Shown in pieces: positions 1 through 9,399 of a stretch of 64,000 nt of DNA. Origin of the DNA: a bacterium (GTDB lineage: Bacteria; UBA8248; JACPRG01; G963555815); assembly GCA_965218795.1 (NCBI GenBank), contig OZ244653.1, positions 1,728,001 to 1,792,000 of the forward strand, read 5' to 3'. Numbering within the stretch: position 1 is the first letter of the stretch; the number at the start of each line of letters is the position of its first letter. The position numbers and the translations under genes were made by a program. The notes beneath the pieces were generated by a model. It worked only from the letters and a program-made list of their open reading frames with translations, searched no databases and was not told the origin of the DNA.

Positions 1-17
1 CGGGGAAACGCCTCATC

Positions 18-1016
18 TTGAATGCGCACATCGATACCTTTCCCGCAGGCGACGCCTCCCTGTGGGAAGATCCGCCTTTCTCCGGTCTCATCCGGGAAGG
101 AAAGCTGCGCGGCCGCGGGTCCGTCGATATGAAGGCCGGAGTTGCGGCCAATTTGATCATCACCGAACTGGCCGCAGGCCGGACGCAGCGGTTTTCGGGC
201 GAGATGGTCTTGACCCTGGCTTCTGACGAGGAAACCATGGGGGATAAGGGCTCGGCCCATCTGCTGGCGGAGTTTCCGGAGGCGCGGGGCGATGCGATGC
301 TCAGTCCGGAGAACAGCGGCGCCGGGACCGTATGCTTTGGCCAAAAGGGCCTCTTTTGGGCGCGTCTCGTCGGACGGGGGAAAGGGGCCCATGGCGCGTT
401 CGTGCACAGGGGGAAGAGCGCGGTCGAAGCACTGGTGAACGCCCTGACCGATCTGAAAAGCCGCTTCGAAGCTCTGGGATCGCTCATCCCCATGGAGCTT
501 GAACACTATTTTGAAGCGGCTGTGGAGGATCCCCATCGGCGATTGAAGGATGAAGATCTGAAGGTCTTGCGAAGGGTGACGGTCAACATCGGCAGAATCC
601 ACGGGGGGGAGAAGGTCAACCTCGTTGCGGAGAGATGTGAAGCCGAAGCCGACATCCGGCTCCCGGCCGGTTTCCAGGTCGAGGCCGCTCGGGAGATCGT
701 GGCGGATGTTCTCGGGCGCCACCCCGACGTTCATTTGGAGACTGCTCAGGGCCATGATCCAACCGTCTCGGAGCCCGACGGCGAAATCTTCCGCGTCCTG
801 AGAGCGGAGGCCGGAGCGGTCACGGGGTCGCCGCCTTTGACGGCTCTGCGGATCGGCGCGACGGACGCCCGGCTGTTTCGCGCGGCGGGAATCCCGTCGG
901 CGACTTACGGGCCGACCGGTTACAACGTGGGCGGCCCGGATGAGTATGTCGACCTCGAAGAGCTGTCTTTGATCACACGGGTCCTGGGCCGCACGGCATT
1001 CCGGTTTCTGGCTTGA
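18..1016 (+). CDS. M20 family metallopeptidase/deacylase (ArgE/DapE-like), probably 5'-truncated by the window edge
   Basis: LNAHID, GRGSVDMKAG, DEE and GATDAR motifs typical of the M20 family. Confidence 0.85.
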   Translation: MNAHIDTFPAGDASLWEDPPFSGLIREGKLRGRGSVDMKAGVAANLIITELAAGRTQRFSGEMVLTLASDEETMGDKGSAHLLAEFPEARGDAMLSPENSGAGTVCFGQKGLFWARLVGRGKGAHGAFVHRGKSAVEALVNALTDLKSRFEALGSLIPMELEHYFEAAVEDPHRRLKDEDLKVLRRVTVNIGRIHGGEKVNLVAERCEAEADIRLPAGFQVEAAREIVADVLGRHPDVHLETAQGHDPTVSEPDGEIFRVLRAEAGAVTGSPPLTALRIGATDARLFRAAGIPSATYGPTGYNVGGPDEYVDLEELSLITRVLGRTAFRFLA

Positions 1017-1130
1017 TGGGCGGCAGCGCGAGGAGCATCCCGGGAGGGGATCCGTTGGTCAATCGAGCCGTTTCGATCAACACAATTTCCTAGTTTAAGG
1101 TATCGAGATTATCCCTTTCTTGACAAGTAA

Positions 1131-1290
1131 ATGCGGACAACCAAGTTTCACCGAATCACAACACGGAGAGGCTACGCCTGCCAGTTCTACGGGGCGCATG
1201 TTGATCCATGCGTAAGGTGGAAGTCGATGAGACCTACATCGGCGGTAAACGGCCCGGCAATCGGGGCCGGGGCACTGACGGCAAGTCCGG
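1131..1290 (+). pseudogene. IS1595-family transposase remnant with an internal deletion
   Basis: Zn-ribbon-like KFHRITTRRGYACQFYGAHVDP, followed in another frame (1211-1288) by RKVEVDETYIGGKRPGNRGRG, the IS1595 first-Asp motif. Confidence 0.7.
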
Positions 1291-1330
1291 GTAGTGTCCT
1301 AATTTCGTTTTTCCCGCAAGCCATCATCCC

Positions 1331-1398
1331 AAATTATGTGAAATAATTCACATAATTTTCGCTTGACATTTGTCCCCATTGATCTATATTGCGCAATA
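1331..1398 (+). promoter_or_regulatory. Sigma70-like promoter with palindromic operators upstream of the Panacea TA pair
   Basis: TTGACA 1363-1368, 16-bp spacer, TATATT 1385-1390; 12-bp inverted repeat AAATTATGTGAA/TTCACATAATTT at 1331-1358; palindrome TATTGCGCAATA at 1387-1398. Confidence 0.65.
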
Positions 1399-1544
1399 GG
1401 TTCATATCGGGTACAATCCTTGCGTCAACGCAGTTCGTCTCTCTTTAGCGGGAGGACCGAAGAGTAGGACGAACCCTCACCCTGATCACTCTCAAGAATC
1501 TATCCCGCGGTTACTTGGTAACCACTTGCGCGGAGGTGGTCAAA

Positions 1545-1973
1545 ATGGCAAGTGTTCACGATGTAGCCAAATATATTTTGAAAAATCAGAGGGGAATAAC
1601 GACTTGGAAACTTCAAAAACTTGTCTATTACTCTCAGGCTTGGTCTTTGGTCTGGGATGAAAAACCCCTGTTCCAGGCTCGCATTGAAGCATGGGCTAAT
1701 GGTCCTGTTGTGCCAGCCCTTTATCGTCTCCATCGAGGCCAATATCTTGTTAGCGATTGGCCGAAAGGGAATCCAAGGGCATTGTCCAAACGAGAAAAGG
1801 AAACCGTTGATGTTATCTTAGGGTTCTATGGTGACAAGACATCCCAGTGGCTTAGTGACCTGACCCATCAAGAACCTCCGTGGAAGGAAGCCAGAAACGG
1901 ATTGCCTCCTGGCGCGAGGGGGAGCGCAGAAATTACCCAGGCGGCAATGGCTGAATACTACGGAAGCCTCTAA
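1545..1973 (+). CDS. Panacea (DUF4065/SocA/GepA-like) antitoxin
   Basis: KLQKLVYYSQAW, IEAWANGPV and LSDLTHQEPPW motifs; GGAGG RBS before ATG 1545. Confidence 0.9.
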   Translation: MASVHDVAKYILKNQRGITTWKLQKLVYYSQAWSLVWDEKPLFQARIEAWANGPVVPALYRLHRGQYLVSDWPKGNPRALSKREKETVDVILGFYGDKTSQWLSDLTHQEPPWKEARNGLPPGARGSAEITQAAMAEYYGSL

Positions 1974-2539
1974 TGGCCGCTTCCAAGAAGAACAAGAAAC
2001 CTAAAACCGCTTTCGTCCCGTCCCCGGCAAAATCTCCAAAGATTCAGCTGTACCCTGATTTTATGAGTTCCCAACCAGCATGGCGGATCTCATTAATTGA
2101 GATGAAAGGGCCGTTCGGCTGGCATGCAGTGAACGGGGCGACCCTCTATGAAATTCGCGAAAAACTTGCAAATTTTGAAAAGATGACTTGGAGTGAAATC
2201 TTGGTTCGTAGGAAAAAGCGCAACCATTCAGTTGAGGTTTCCAAATTATGCAAGGATGCCAGAGACCGCTTAAGGATGCTAAAGCAGGATGATATTGATG
2301 AGTTGCTATCTCTTGGCCTATCTGGGAAAGAAAGAGTCTGGGGCATACGAGAGGACAATGTTCTCAAGGTGCTTTGGTGGGACTCTAACCACAGTGTTTG
2401 TCCCTCCATGAAGAAACACACTGAGTGGACCGGCGGTACGTCAACGGTTTTCCCTTTCCACGCGAACGGAAATGCCGAGGGTCAGCCGCTCAACCGGAAA
2501 CCAGAAAATCCCGATACCTTAACTAGAAAATTGCGTTGA
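1973..2539 (+). CDS. Putative PanT-type toxin (RNase-like), translationally coupled to the antitoxin; C-terminal tail may be a readthrough
   Basis: TAATG stop/start overlap; LSGKERVWGIR...VLWWDSNH motif seen in Panacea-associated toxins. Confidence 0.65.
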   Translation: MAASKKNKKPKTAFVPSPAKSPKIQLYPDFMSSQPAWRISLIEMKGPFGWHAVNGATLYEIREKLANFEKMTWSEILVRRKKRNHSVEVSKLCKDARDRLRMLKQDDIDELLSLGLSGKERVWGIREDNVLKVLWWDSNHSVCPSMKKHTEWTGGTSTVFPFHANGNAEGQPLNRKPENPDTLTRKLR

Positions 2540-2626
2540 TCAAAGACGATGGCTCCCGGGCAGACGGCCTTGCACGGCCGGGACCTGCGGCGCCCGACTC
2601 TAGCGTGTAAGGCGCCGGCCGGAACG

Positions 2627-3685
2627 ATGCCTCCAAGAATCCTGACCCTTCATTGCTCTGTTCCCCCGAAAGAATTCCTGCAAGGGGAAGTCTACCGCAC
2701 CTTCTTTGCCGATCGCTTCCGGAAAAACTCGAAAGCCCGAGAGATTTTCGAGAATTCACGTATCGAGAAGCGTCACGCGGTCGTCGACGCGGGGTTCTTT
2801 GCGCGGGAGCGGACGATTGAGGATCGAAACCACGAATATGTACGCGGGGCTTTGGATTTAGGTGAATCGGCCATCCGGCGGTGTCTGGAAGAGATCCCCG
2901 CGACCCCCCGAGAACTTGACGACTTTATCGTGGTCTCCTGCACCGGCTATTCGAATCCCGGGCTGGAGATCCTTTTGGCGAAACGTCTCGGGATGCGGCA
3001 GGACCTCCGGCGAACCGCAATCGGCGGGATGGGTTGCTACGCGGCCTTTCCGGGAATGGCGCGGGCCTACGAATCGCTGATCACCCGGCCGGACGCGCGG
3101 GTCCTTCTGCTCGCCGTCGAGATCTGCTCCGTGACCCTTCAGGACGATGCATCCACGGAAAACGTCGTGGCCAGCGCCCTGTTCGGAGACGGCGCCGCGG
3201 CTTTGATCTTGGGCGATGGCCGATTACCCGCTTCAGCCGGCCCGCCCCTTTTTCCCCGTGTGGTCGGATTTGAAACCCATACTTCGTACAAGACAACCGG
3301 GGAAATGGGTTTCTTCGTTACGGCGACGGGATTCGCCATTCAGCTTTCCGCACGGATACCTGTCTTTCTTCGGCAGAATGTAGCCGGCGTCGTGGAGCGG
3401 CTATTGGCGGGCCGCAATCTGAAATTGGAAGACATCAGGTTCTGGGTCATTCACCCGGGCGGAGCGAAAATCCTGGATTACGTTCAAGAGGTTTTCGGCC
3501 TGAGCGAGGAGGACATGCGTTATTCGCGCGGCATCTTATCCGAGTTCGGCAACATGAGCTCTCCGACGGTGATGTTCATCCTGGACCGGATCATACGCCG
3601 GGGAGATCCCCAACCGGGCGATTACGGTCTGATGATGGGATTCGGTCCCGGACTGACCATCGAAACCTGCCTCCTTCAATGGTAG
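2627..3685 (+). CDS. Type III polyketide synthase (chalcone synthase-like)
   Basis: Catalytic triad context GMGCY, IHPGG and FGNMSS; LFGDGAAA; C-terminal GFGPGLTIE. Confidence 0.93.
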   Translation: MPPRILTLHCSVPPKEFLQGEVYRTFFADRFRKNSKAREIFENSRIEKRHAVVDAGFFARERTIEDRNHEYVRGALDLGESAIRRCLEEIPATPRELDDFIVVSCTGYSNPGLEILLAKRLGMRQDLRRTAIGGMGCYAAFPGMARAYESLITRPDARVLLLAVEICSVTLQDDASTENVVASALFGDGAAALILGDGRLPASAGPPLFPRVVGFETHTSYKTTGEMGFFVTATGFAIQLSARIPVFLRQNVAGVVERLLAGRNLKLEDIRFWVIHPGGAKILDYVQEVFGLSEEDMRYSRGILSEFGNMSSPTVMFILDRIIRRGDPQPGDYGLMMGFGPGLTIETCLLQW

Positions 3686-3695
3686 CCGGCGTCGA

Positions 3696-3880
3696 TTGAC
3701 GCTCTTGCGGAAGACCGCTCTCGGGGTCCGCGTCTTTCTCCTCGCGCTCATTTCCCCGAACTTCGCCGCTCCTCCCGCGATCCACGCGGACGCCATCCGT
3801 TTCCGAATCGATCCTGAGAAGAGCTTCATCCGATTCGACGGGGAGGCGGCGCTTCATGACCTGGACGGCGAAGCCGACAT
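3696..3880 (+). pseudogene. N-terminal fragment of a YceI-like periplasmic lipid-binding protein
   Basis: Signal-peptide-like start, then FRIDPEKSFIRF...LHDLDG, after which the sequence runs into repeats. Confidence 0.5.
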
Positions 3881-4053
3881 CCGGCTCCCGCTGCTCCGCC
3901 GGGGCCTCGCCCGGCCGGAGCGGGAGATCTCTTGGGTGACACCCGATTCCCTTCCCGTCCGGAACCCGATAAACACCGATGCCTCGCCCAATTTCTCTTC
4001 GCCCTGGACCCCGGCCAAGCGCTCGCCGGGGCAGGCTCCCTGCCTTCGCCGCA

Positions 4054-4245
4054 TGGATTCCTGCCTGCGCAGGAATGACAGACACAACCCACACCGATCC
4101 CCTCGGTCCGTCATTCCCGCGCAACCCGCCGCTTGTCGTTCCCGCGGGGCTTGTCCCCGAAGGTTTTCATCGGGGAGCGGGAATCCAGTGCAGCCCGAGC
4201 CGTTCGCGCCTTCACGCCCCTGAGCCGGCAGGGGGCAGGAATGAC
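4054..4245. repeat. Cluster of REP-like palindromes (GTCATTCCCGC...GCGGGAATCC family)
   Basis: TGGATTCCTGCCTGCGCAGGAATGAC and GTCATTCCCGCG...GCGGGAATCCAG; the motif recurs near 6236, 17416, 21105-21345, 30889 and 37870. Confidence 0.75.
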
Positions 4246-4545
4246 GAAACAGAGTCGCGCGGATCCTCCTTCTCCGCCGTTGTCACGGCCCCTTCCTCAT
4301 CGGGCCGCGGCGGCGGGCGAAGGGGAAGAACGTTGTTTAGATGAGCGTAACGCCGCCGGGGATGCGGCGTTTCCGCAGGCTACGCATGACTCGCGTTGCC
4401 AGAAACCTGCGGGGGCGAATAAAGAACACGCCCGAGACGGATACGTCACCTATTCATCTCGCAGAAAACCGACTGTCACGAAACAAACTCCCGCCCCGAC
4501 TCCGCCAACTGGGACCGCGCCGGGAAGCGCGCGCTACCCCCCCCG

Positions 4546-5976
4546 CTACAAGGCCCTCCTTTCGATAGACGCCTCCCTCCCGAACCGCTCGGCCGCCTCC
4601 AGGGTCTCGCGCACGTCGTCCCAGGTCGTGGTGTGGTTGAGGATGCAGAGCCTGAGCGCAAACGTCCCCTTGAGAAGCGTTGATGACATGAACCCGCGGT
4701 CTTCCCAAAAGACCCGGGCGAGCACGTTCCTGTTGATCTTCTCCAAGGCCTCCTCGTCGAGGCCGGCGTCCGCGGGTTTGACCCGGAAGCACACGACGCT
4801 CAGCGACACGGGGGTCAACATCTCCAGGGACTGGCTTTTCTGAACGTACGCCTCGGCCCGGGCGGCCAATTCCATCCCCTTCGACACGGCCCGCCGGAAC
4901 GCGGCCATCCCGAAGGTCTGGATCGACATCCAGACCTTCAAGGCCCGAAACGAGCGGCTCAACTGCAGGCCGCGATTCGCGATGTTCGGGTGGTTCGCGC
5001 CCCATATCGTGTCCTGGAGAACATCGTGGTGAACCGTGAACGCCTTCTCGAGCGTTCTTGCGTCCTTCACCATAAGGCCGCCCGCCTCGTACGACTGGAA
5101 GAACCATTTGTGCGCGTCCAGCCCGATGGAATCGGCGCGCTCGATCCCGCGCAAGAGCCTCTTGCCCTTCTCGGTTATGGCCGCAAAGCCGCCGTACGCG
5201 GCGTCGACGTGCAGCCACACGCCTTCCGCCTCGCAGTAGTCCGCCATCGCTTCAAGCGGGTCGATGGCCCCGGTGCTGACCGCTCCGGCGTTGGCGCACA
5301 CCGCGATGGGATTGAACCCCGCGGCGCGGTCGTCGGTCACGGCGCGCGCGAGCGCATCCATGTCCAGGCGGAAGCGCTCGTCGCTCGAAACCATGCGAAT
5401 GCACTCCGGGCGAACGCCGATGATCCTCGCCGCGCGGATGTGTGCGCTATGGCTCTGGTCGCTCATATACACGGTCGCACGCTCGGGGTGGCCCGCCGCT
5501 TCCCGCGCCGCGACCAAGGCGTCCACGCTCGCCGCCGAGCCTCCGCTCGTCAAAAGCCCGCCCGCGCTCTCCGGATAGCCGAGCCAGCGCCGGAACCAGT
5601 CGATGACGACCAACTCGAGCTGGCTCGGACCGCTCGCGAGCAGCCAGGTGGCTGCGTTGATGTTGTACCCGGCGGCCATGAAGTCGGCCAGCACCCCGGG
5701 CCAGGTGGGCGACGACGGGATAAACCCGAAGAAACGGGGATGATCGAACCGCGCCGCGACCGGGAGGATCTCGCGCGCGGTTCGTTCAAGGACCTCCGCT
5801 GCTGGCCGGCCGTCCTCGGGCGGATCCTCCATCAGTCGGTTCTCGAGCTCCTGCCGGAAATCTCCGTCCCAGGCATCGCCTCCGGGCAGGCTCTCGATCC
5901 GCTCCACCACAAGCTCCGCCGCCTTGCGCGCGAGATCGAGCATGAGCTCGGGGGCCATCTGGAGGCCGTCGTTCAT
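4546..5976 (-). CDS. PLP-dependent group II decarboxylase (aromatic L-amino acid decarboxylase-like)
   Basis: HPRFFGFI, LTSGGS, WLHVDAAYGG and DAHKW (PLP lysine) motifs. Confidence 0.92.
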   Translation of the reverse strand: MNDGLQMAPELMLDLARKAAELVVERIESLPGGDAWDGDFRQELENRLMEDPPEDGRPAAEVLERTAREILPVAARFDHPRFFGFIPSSPTWPGVLADFMAAGYNINAATWLLASGPSQLELVVIDWFRRWLGYPESAGGLLTSGGSAASVDALVAAREAAGHPERATVYMSDQSHSAHIRAARIIGVRPECIRMVSSDERFRLDMDALARAVTDDRAAGFNPIAVCANAGAVSTGAIDPLEAMADYCEAEGVWLHVDAAYGGFAAITEKGKRLLRGIERADSIGLDAHKWFFQSYEAGGLMVKDARTLEKAFTVHHDVLQDTIWGANHPNIANRGLQLSRSFRALKVWMSIQTFGMAAFRRAVSKGMELAARAEAYVQKSQSLEMLTPVSLSVVCFRVKPADAGLDEEALEKINRNVLARVFWEDRGFMSSTLLKGTFALRLCILNHTTTWDDVRETLEAAERFGREASIERRAL

Positions 5977-6235
5977 CGCTCCCCCCCCCCCCCCGACTTT
6001 TCATCGCTCCGCGTCGAGGCGGATGACGTTTCTCGTCTTCCCTCTGATTTTCCCCTCATGATCCTCCTCGTTGTCTTGTTTGCCGCTTCCGCGATGCATC
6101 TAGAGAGAGAGCCAACCCGCGGTCAGGCAGTGCGTTCCCGCGAGACGACAAAGTCCGAAAGCCGACGTTTTTCAGATGGACGGTCCTTCCCTCGCAGCCC
6201 GCCCCCGAATGCCTTCGTCGCGTGGCCTGCCCCCT

Positions 6236-6288
6236 GGATTCCTGTTGCAGCCTGTCCCCGAAGGCTTTCATCGGGGAGCGGGAATCCA
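6236..6288. repeat. REP-like element with a nested TGTCCCCGAAGG..CATCGGGG hairpin
   Basis: Near-identical to 4152-4186. Confidence 0.65.
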
Positions 6289-6404
6289 CATCAGCGGGAA
6301 ACTCCGCAACACCCTTCAGGGGCGGGGGAGGAAGTCACTGAGGAGCCCGCTGCATTGAACATCGTTCAAGGTTCGGATCCTGCAAACAGAAAAATGGACC
6401 CTTC

Positions 6405-7673
6405 TCACCCGCCCAGCTCGACGATGTAATCCTTGATCCGCTGCCGGTCTTTGGCCCTGGGTTGGAGCTCGAGGTACTTGCGGAAGGCTTCCTTGGCCTT
6501 TTCCCGGTTCCTTTGCTTGTAATGCAGAAGTCCCAATCCTTTATAGGCGTCGGCCAGCTCGGGGTCGTAGGAAACCGCTTTTTCGTAGCTTTCAATGGCC
6601 TTTTGTTGACCCTGCCCGGAGCCGTCCGAAAGTCGGTGAATCTCGCCGTAGTAGTAGTGGGACTTCGCGTCGTTGGGCGTGATGGCGAGCACCTTGTCGA
6701 GCGCCGCCCGCGCCACATTGAATCGACCCGCCTTGATGTCGAGCCGGGCGTTTTCCCGAACGATGACCCGGCGTCGAAGCTGAAACGCTTCCGTATCCCT
6801 GACCCTGCCCGTTTGCCCGGCCGCTTCGGCGTACGGGCCCGCCAGCATGGATTCGTAATTGGCGATCCGAGCGCTGTTCCGCGGATGGCTCCCGAAGAAG
6901 AAGTTTTCAATCGCCGTGCTGTCTCCGTAGGTTTTCTGGAAAAGCCCGAACGCCTTGGGGGCTTCGTTCACGTCATATCCGGCGTCCGCCAGAAGGCCCA
7001 TGCCGCCGTCATCGGCCTCGGACTCCAGGCCCCGAGCGTAGCCCTTGATGGAGGCCAGGACGGCCAGGGGAAGGCCCAGCCCGATCAGGAGTCTGGCCGT
7101 GTTGTTGAGAAGGGCGGCCCCCACGAAATCGCCGCGCTCCATGCGCTCCCCCGTCAGGTAAGCCATGAGGAAGCTCAGGGCAATGATCCCGCCGATGTAG
7201 AATATCTGCTTGTTCTTGGCGTCCCGGATGGACCGGACGGTGTGCCGGTTGATGGAGTGGGTCATCTCGTGCCCTACGACCGTGGCCAGCTGGGCCTCGT
7301 TCTCCACCCGCGCGATCAGCCCCGAATGGATGTAGATCCTGCCGTTGGCATAGGCGAAGGCGTTGAGGGCGGGGTCGTGAATCACCTTGAACTGAAACTT
7401 GAGCGTGTCGGAGCCCTTCAGTTTCTCGGGGGTCAGCTTCCGGCCCATTTCCTGAAGGTATTCCTCAAGAAGCGGATCGTTGATGATCTTCTTGCTCACG
7501 TCCAGCTTTTTCTGTTCCTGAGCGCTCTTTTCCCAGATCCGCCTCTCGTCCGACTCCAGTTGGGTACGGGGATTCAAGGAAAGCGGGGGTAGAGAAGTCG
7601 AAGCGCAGGCGACGGTAAAGATCGGAATAAGGCAATAAGCGACCCATCTGGAAATTCGACGAAAGCCCTTCAT
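6405..7673 (-). CDS. M48 family Zn-metalloprotease lipoprotein with TPR repeats (BepA-like)
   Basis: Lipobox TVAC, NAFA, HEMTH, ESEAD, SHP and C-terminal TPRs. Confidence 0.9.
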   Translation of the reverse strand: MKGFRRISRWVAYCLIPIFTVACASTSLPPLSLNPRTQLESDERRIWEKSAQEQKKLDVSKKIINDPLLEEYLQEMGRKLTPEKLKGSDTLKFQFKVIHDPALNAFAYANGRIYIHSGLIARVENEAQLATVVGHEMTHSINRHTVRSIRDAKNKQIFYIGGIIALSFLMAYLTGERMERGDFVGAALLNNTARLLIGLGLPLAVLASIKGYARGLESEADDGGMGLLADAGYDVNEAPKAFGLFQKTYGDSTAIENFFFGSHPRNSARIANYESMLAGPYAEAAGQTGRVRDTEAFQLRRRVIVRENARLDIKAGRFNVARAALDKVLAITPNDAKSHYYYGEIHRLSDGSGQGQQKAIESYEKAVSYDPELADAYKGLGLLHYKQRNREKAKEAFRKYLELQPRAKDRQRIKDYIVELGG

Positions 7674-7768
7674 CCTGAAAACCCTCCGGTCTTAACGAAG
7701 CCAGTGCCTTTCCACTCATTCAGAACATAATCCATCGCTCGATTCAACCCACGCGCCCAGGACCGGAC

Positions 7769-8177
7769 TTATTCTCTGACGGTCATGTCCGCCTCGGTGA
7801 TCCCGTCTTCGAATACGTAGCCCGATCCTTCCAGCGTCCCGGTGCTGGTATAGCACCCGCACGCCTCCAGGTCCTCATCCGGCTCCAGGTTGCGGAGCCA
7901 GTGGGTCGTGTTCCTGGAAATGAAGTGGACGTCACCCGCCTTGACCTCGACTTCCTCGTCCCCCGCGCCCGGATGAAACAGATGACTTCGTCGGAGTTCG
8001 CGTGCCGGTGCTTGAAGCGCCTGGCCCCGGGCTCAAAGACAACCCGCCAGAAGCAGACCTCCTTGGACCCCGTGCGGCTCTCGTCAACGACAAACCGAAT
8101 GTCGATACCGCTCCACCCGTCTTTCAATTCGACGGGGCAGGCTCCACATCGTTGATGTTGATGACGTAATGGGACAT
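7769..8177 (-). pseudogene. Cupin-domain protein, frameshifted
   Basis: MSHYVININDVEP, HRHANSDEV and VKAGDVHFI...HWLRN segments lie in different frames. Confidence 0.7.
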
Positions 8178-8342
8178 GGAATCCCCCCCCTCCCCTATCC
8201 ATTCAACGTTCATATCAAAAAGGACGAGAAACTTTCGCTCCCGCCCTCAGACCGTAACCCTTTCAATTCCAATGAGTCCATCGACGAACGTGTGTTCTCG
8301 GCAGGTTCGGGAGACTGACAACCAGTTCAAGAGCCAAGCCGT

Positions 8343-9371
8343 TCACCCGACAAGATCGATCACGGCGCGCATGGTCCTCCCCTCGCCGCTCTCAACGTGC
8401 TCAAACCCCCTTTGGACTTCTTCCAGCGGGAAGTGATGGGTGATGGTGGAACGAAGATCGATATGCCCCCCGGCCACCAGCTTGACCGCCATCTCGAAAT
8501 CCTCCGGCAGGCCCGCCCGGCACCCGATGACCGTCAGATCCTTGAAGTAATACTCCTGGACCGGGATGCCATCGACGGCCTTGGGCCCAATCCCGAACTG
8601 CAGGACCGCCCCGGCCGGCCGAACCATTCCGAACGACTGGCGGATGCTTTCGGGCGCGCCCGCCGATTCAATCACGATGTCGGCGCCCCGGCCGTCCGTC
8701 ATGCGAAGGACCTCCTCGACCGGGTCCCGTTCCCTGGCGGGGATGATATCGGTGGCCCCGAGATCCCGGGCCAGATCCAGCTTCCACGGGCTCCGCGCTA
8801 CCGCGATGACCGGGTCGGCGCCGCTGAACCGGGCCAGCTGGGTATGAAGGATGCCCGTGACCCCCTGCCCCAGGACGACAACGCTTTTCCCCGCCGGGCT
8901 CGGGAGCTTGCGCTGGCCGTAAATAACGGTGTACAGAGCGATGAAGTTGGTCCCGGCGTCGAAATCAATCGTGTCGGGGAACTTGTAGGCCAGATTCTCG
9001 TGGACGACGACGTATTCCGCATACGTGCCCGAGACTTCCCGGCCCCTCAGGCCTCCCTTCTCGCAAAGCGGCTCCAGGCCCCGGCGGCAGTAGTAGCATT
9101 TGCCGCAAAAATCGGTGGGGTTGAGAACCACCCGGTCCCCCGTCTGGAACTTGCCGACCCCCGCTCCAACCTCTTCGACGACTCCCGTGGCTTCGTGGCC
9201 GCCTACGATGGGCAGGCGCAGATCGGGCTGCTTCCCGGCCCAGATGGCCAGATCCGTCCCGCAAATCGCGCTGGAGTGGATACGCACCCGGATGTCCTCG
9301 GGACCGGGTTCCGCGGCCTCCCGCTCGCCCAATTCGTAGCGATGGAATTCTTTCAGAATGGCTGCCCGCAT
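8343..9371 (-). CDS. Zn-dependent medium-chain alcohol/polyol dehydrogenase
   Basis: ICGTD, GHE, CGKCYYC...C and GQGVTG motifs. Confidence 0.92.
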   Translation of the reverse strand: MRAAILKEFHRYELGEREAAEPGPEDIRVRIHSSAICGTDLAIWAGKQPDLRLPIVGGHEATGVVEEVGAGVGKFQTGDRVVLNPTDFCGKCYYCRRGLEPLCEKGGLRGREVSGTYAEYVVVHENLAYKFPDTIDFDAGTNFIALYTVIYGQRKLPSPAGKSVVVLGQGVTGILHTQLARFSGADPVIAVARSPWKLDLARDLGATDIIPARERDPVEEVLRMTDGRGADIVIESAGAPESIRQSFGMVRPAGAVLQFGIGPKAVDGIPVQEYYFKDLTVIGCRAGLPEDFEMAVKLVAGGHIDLRSTITHHFPLEEVQRGFEHVESGEGRTMRAVIDLVG

Positions 9372-9399
9372 GACGCTTCCCTGAATGTAGACCGAGGGT

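Noticed and set aside
4990-6429. Long 479-aa ORF and similar long ORFs (6462-7592, 19659-21029, 52117-53313, 60778-62112)
   Set aside because: Antisense shadows of well-supported genes in GC-rich DNA, with no recognisable motifs.
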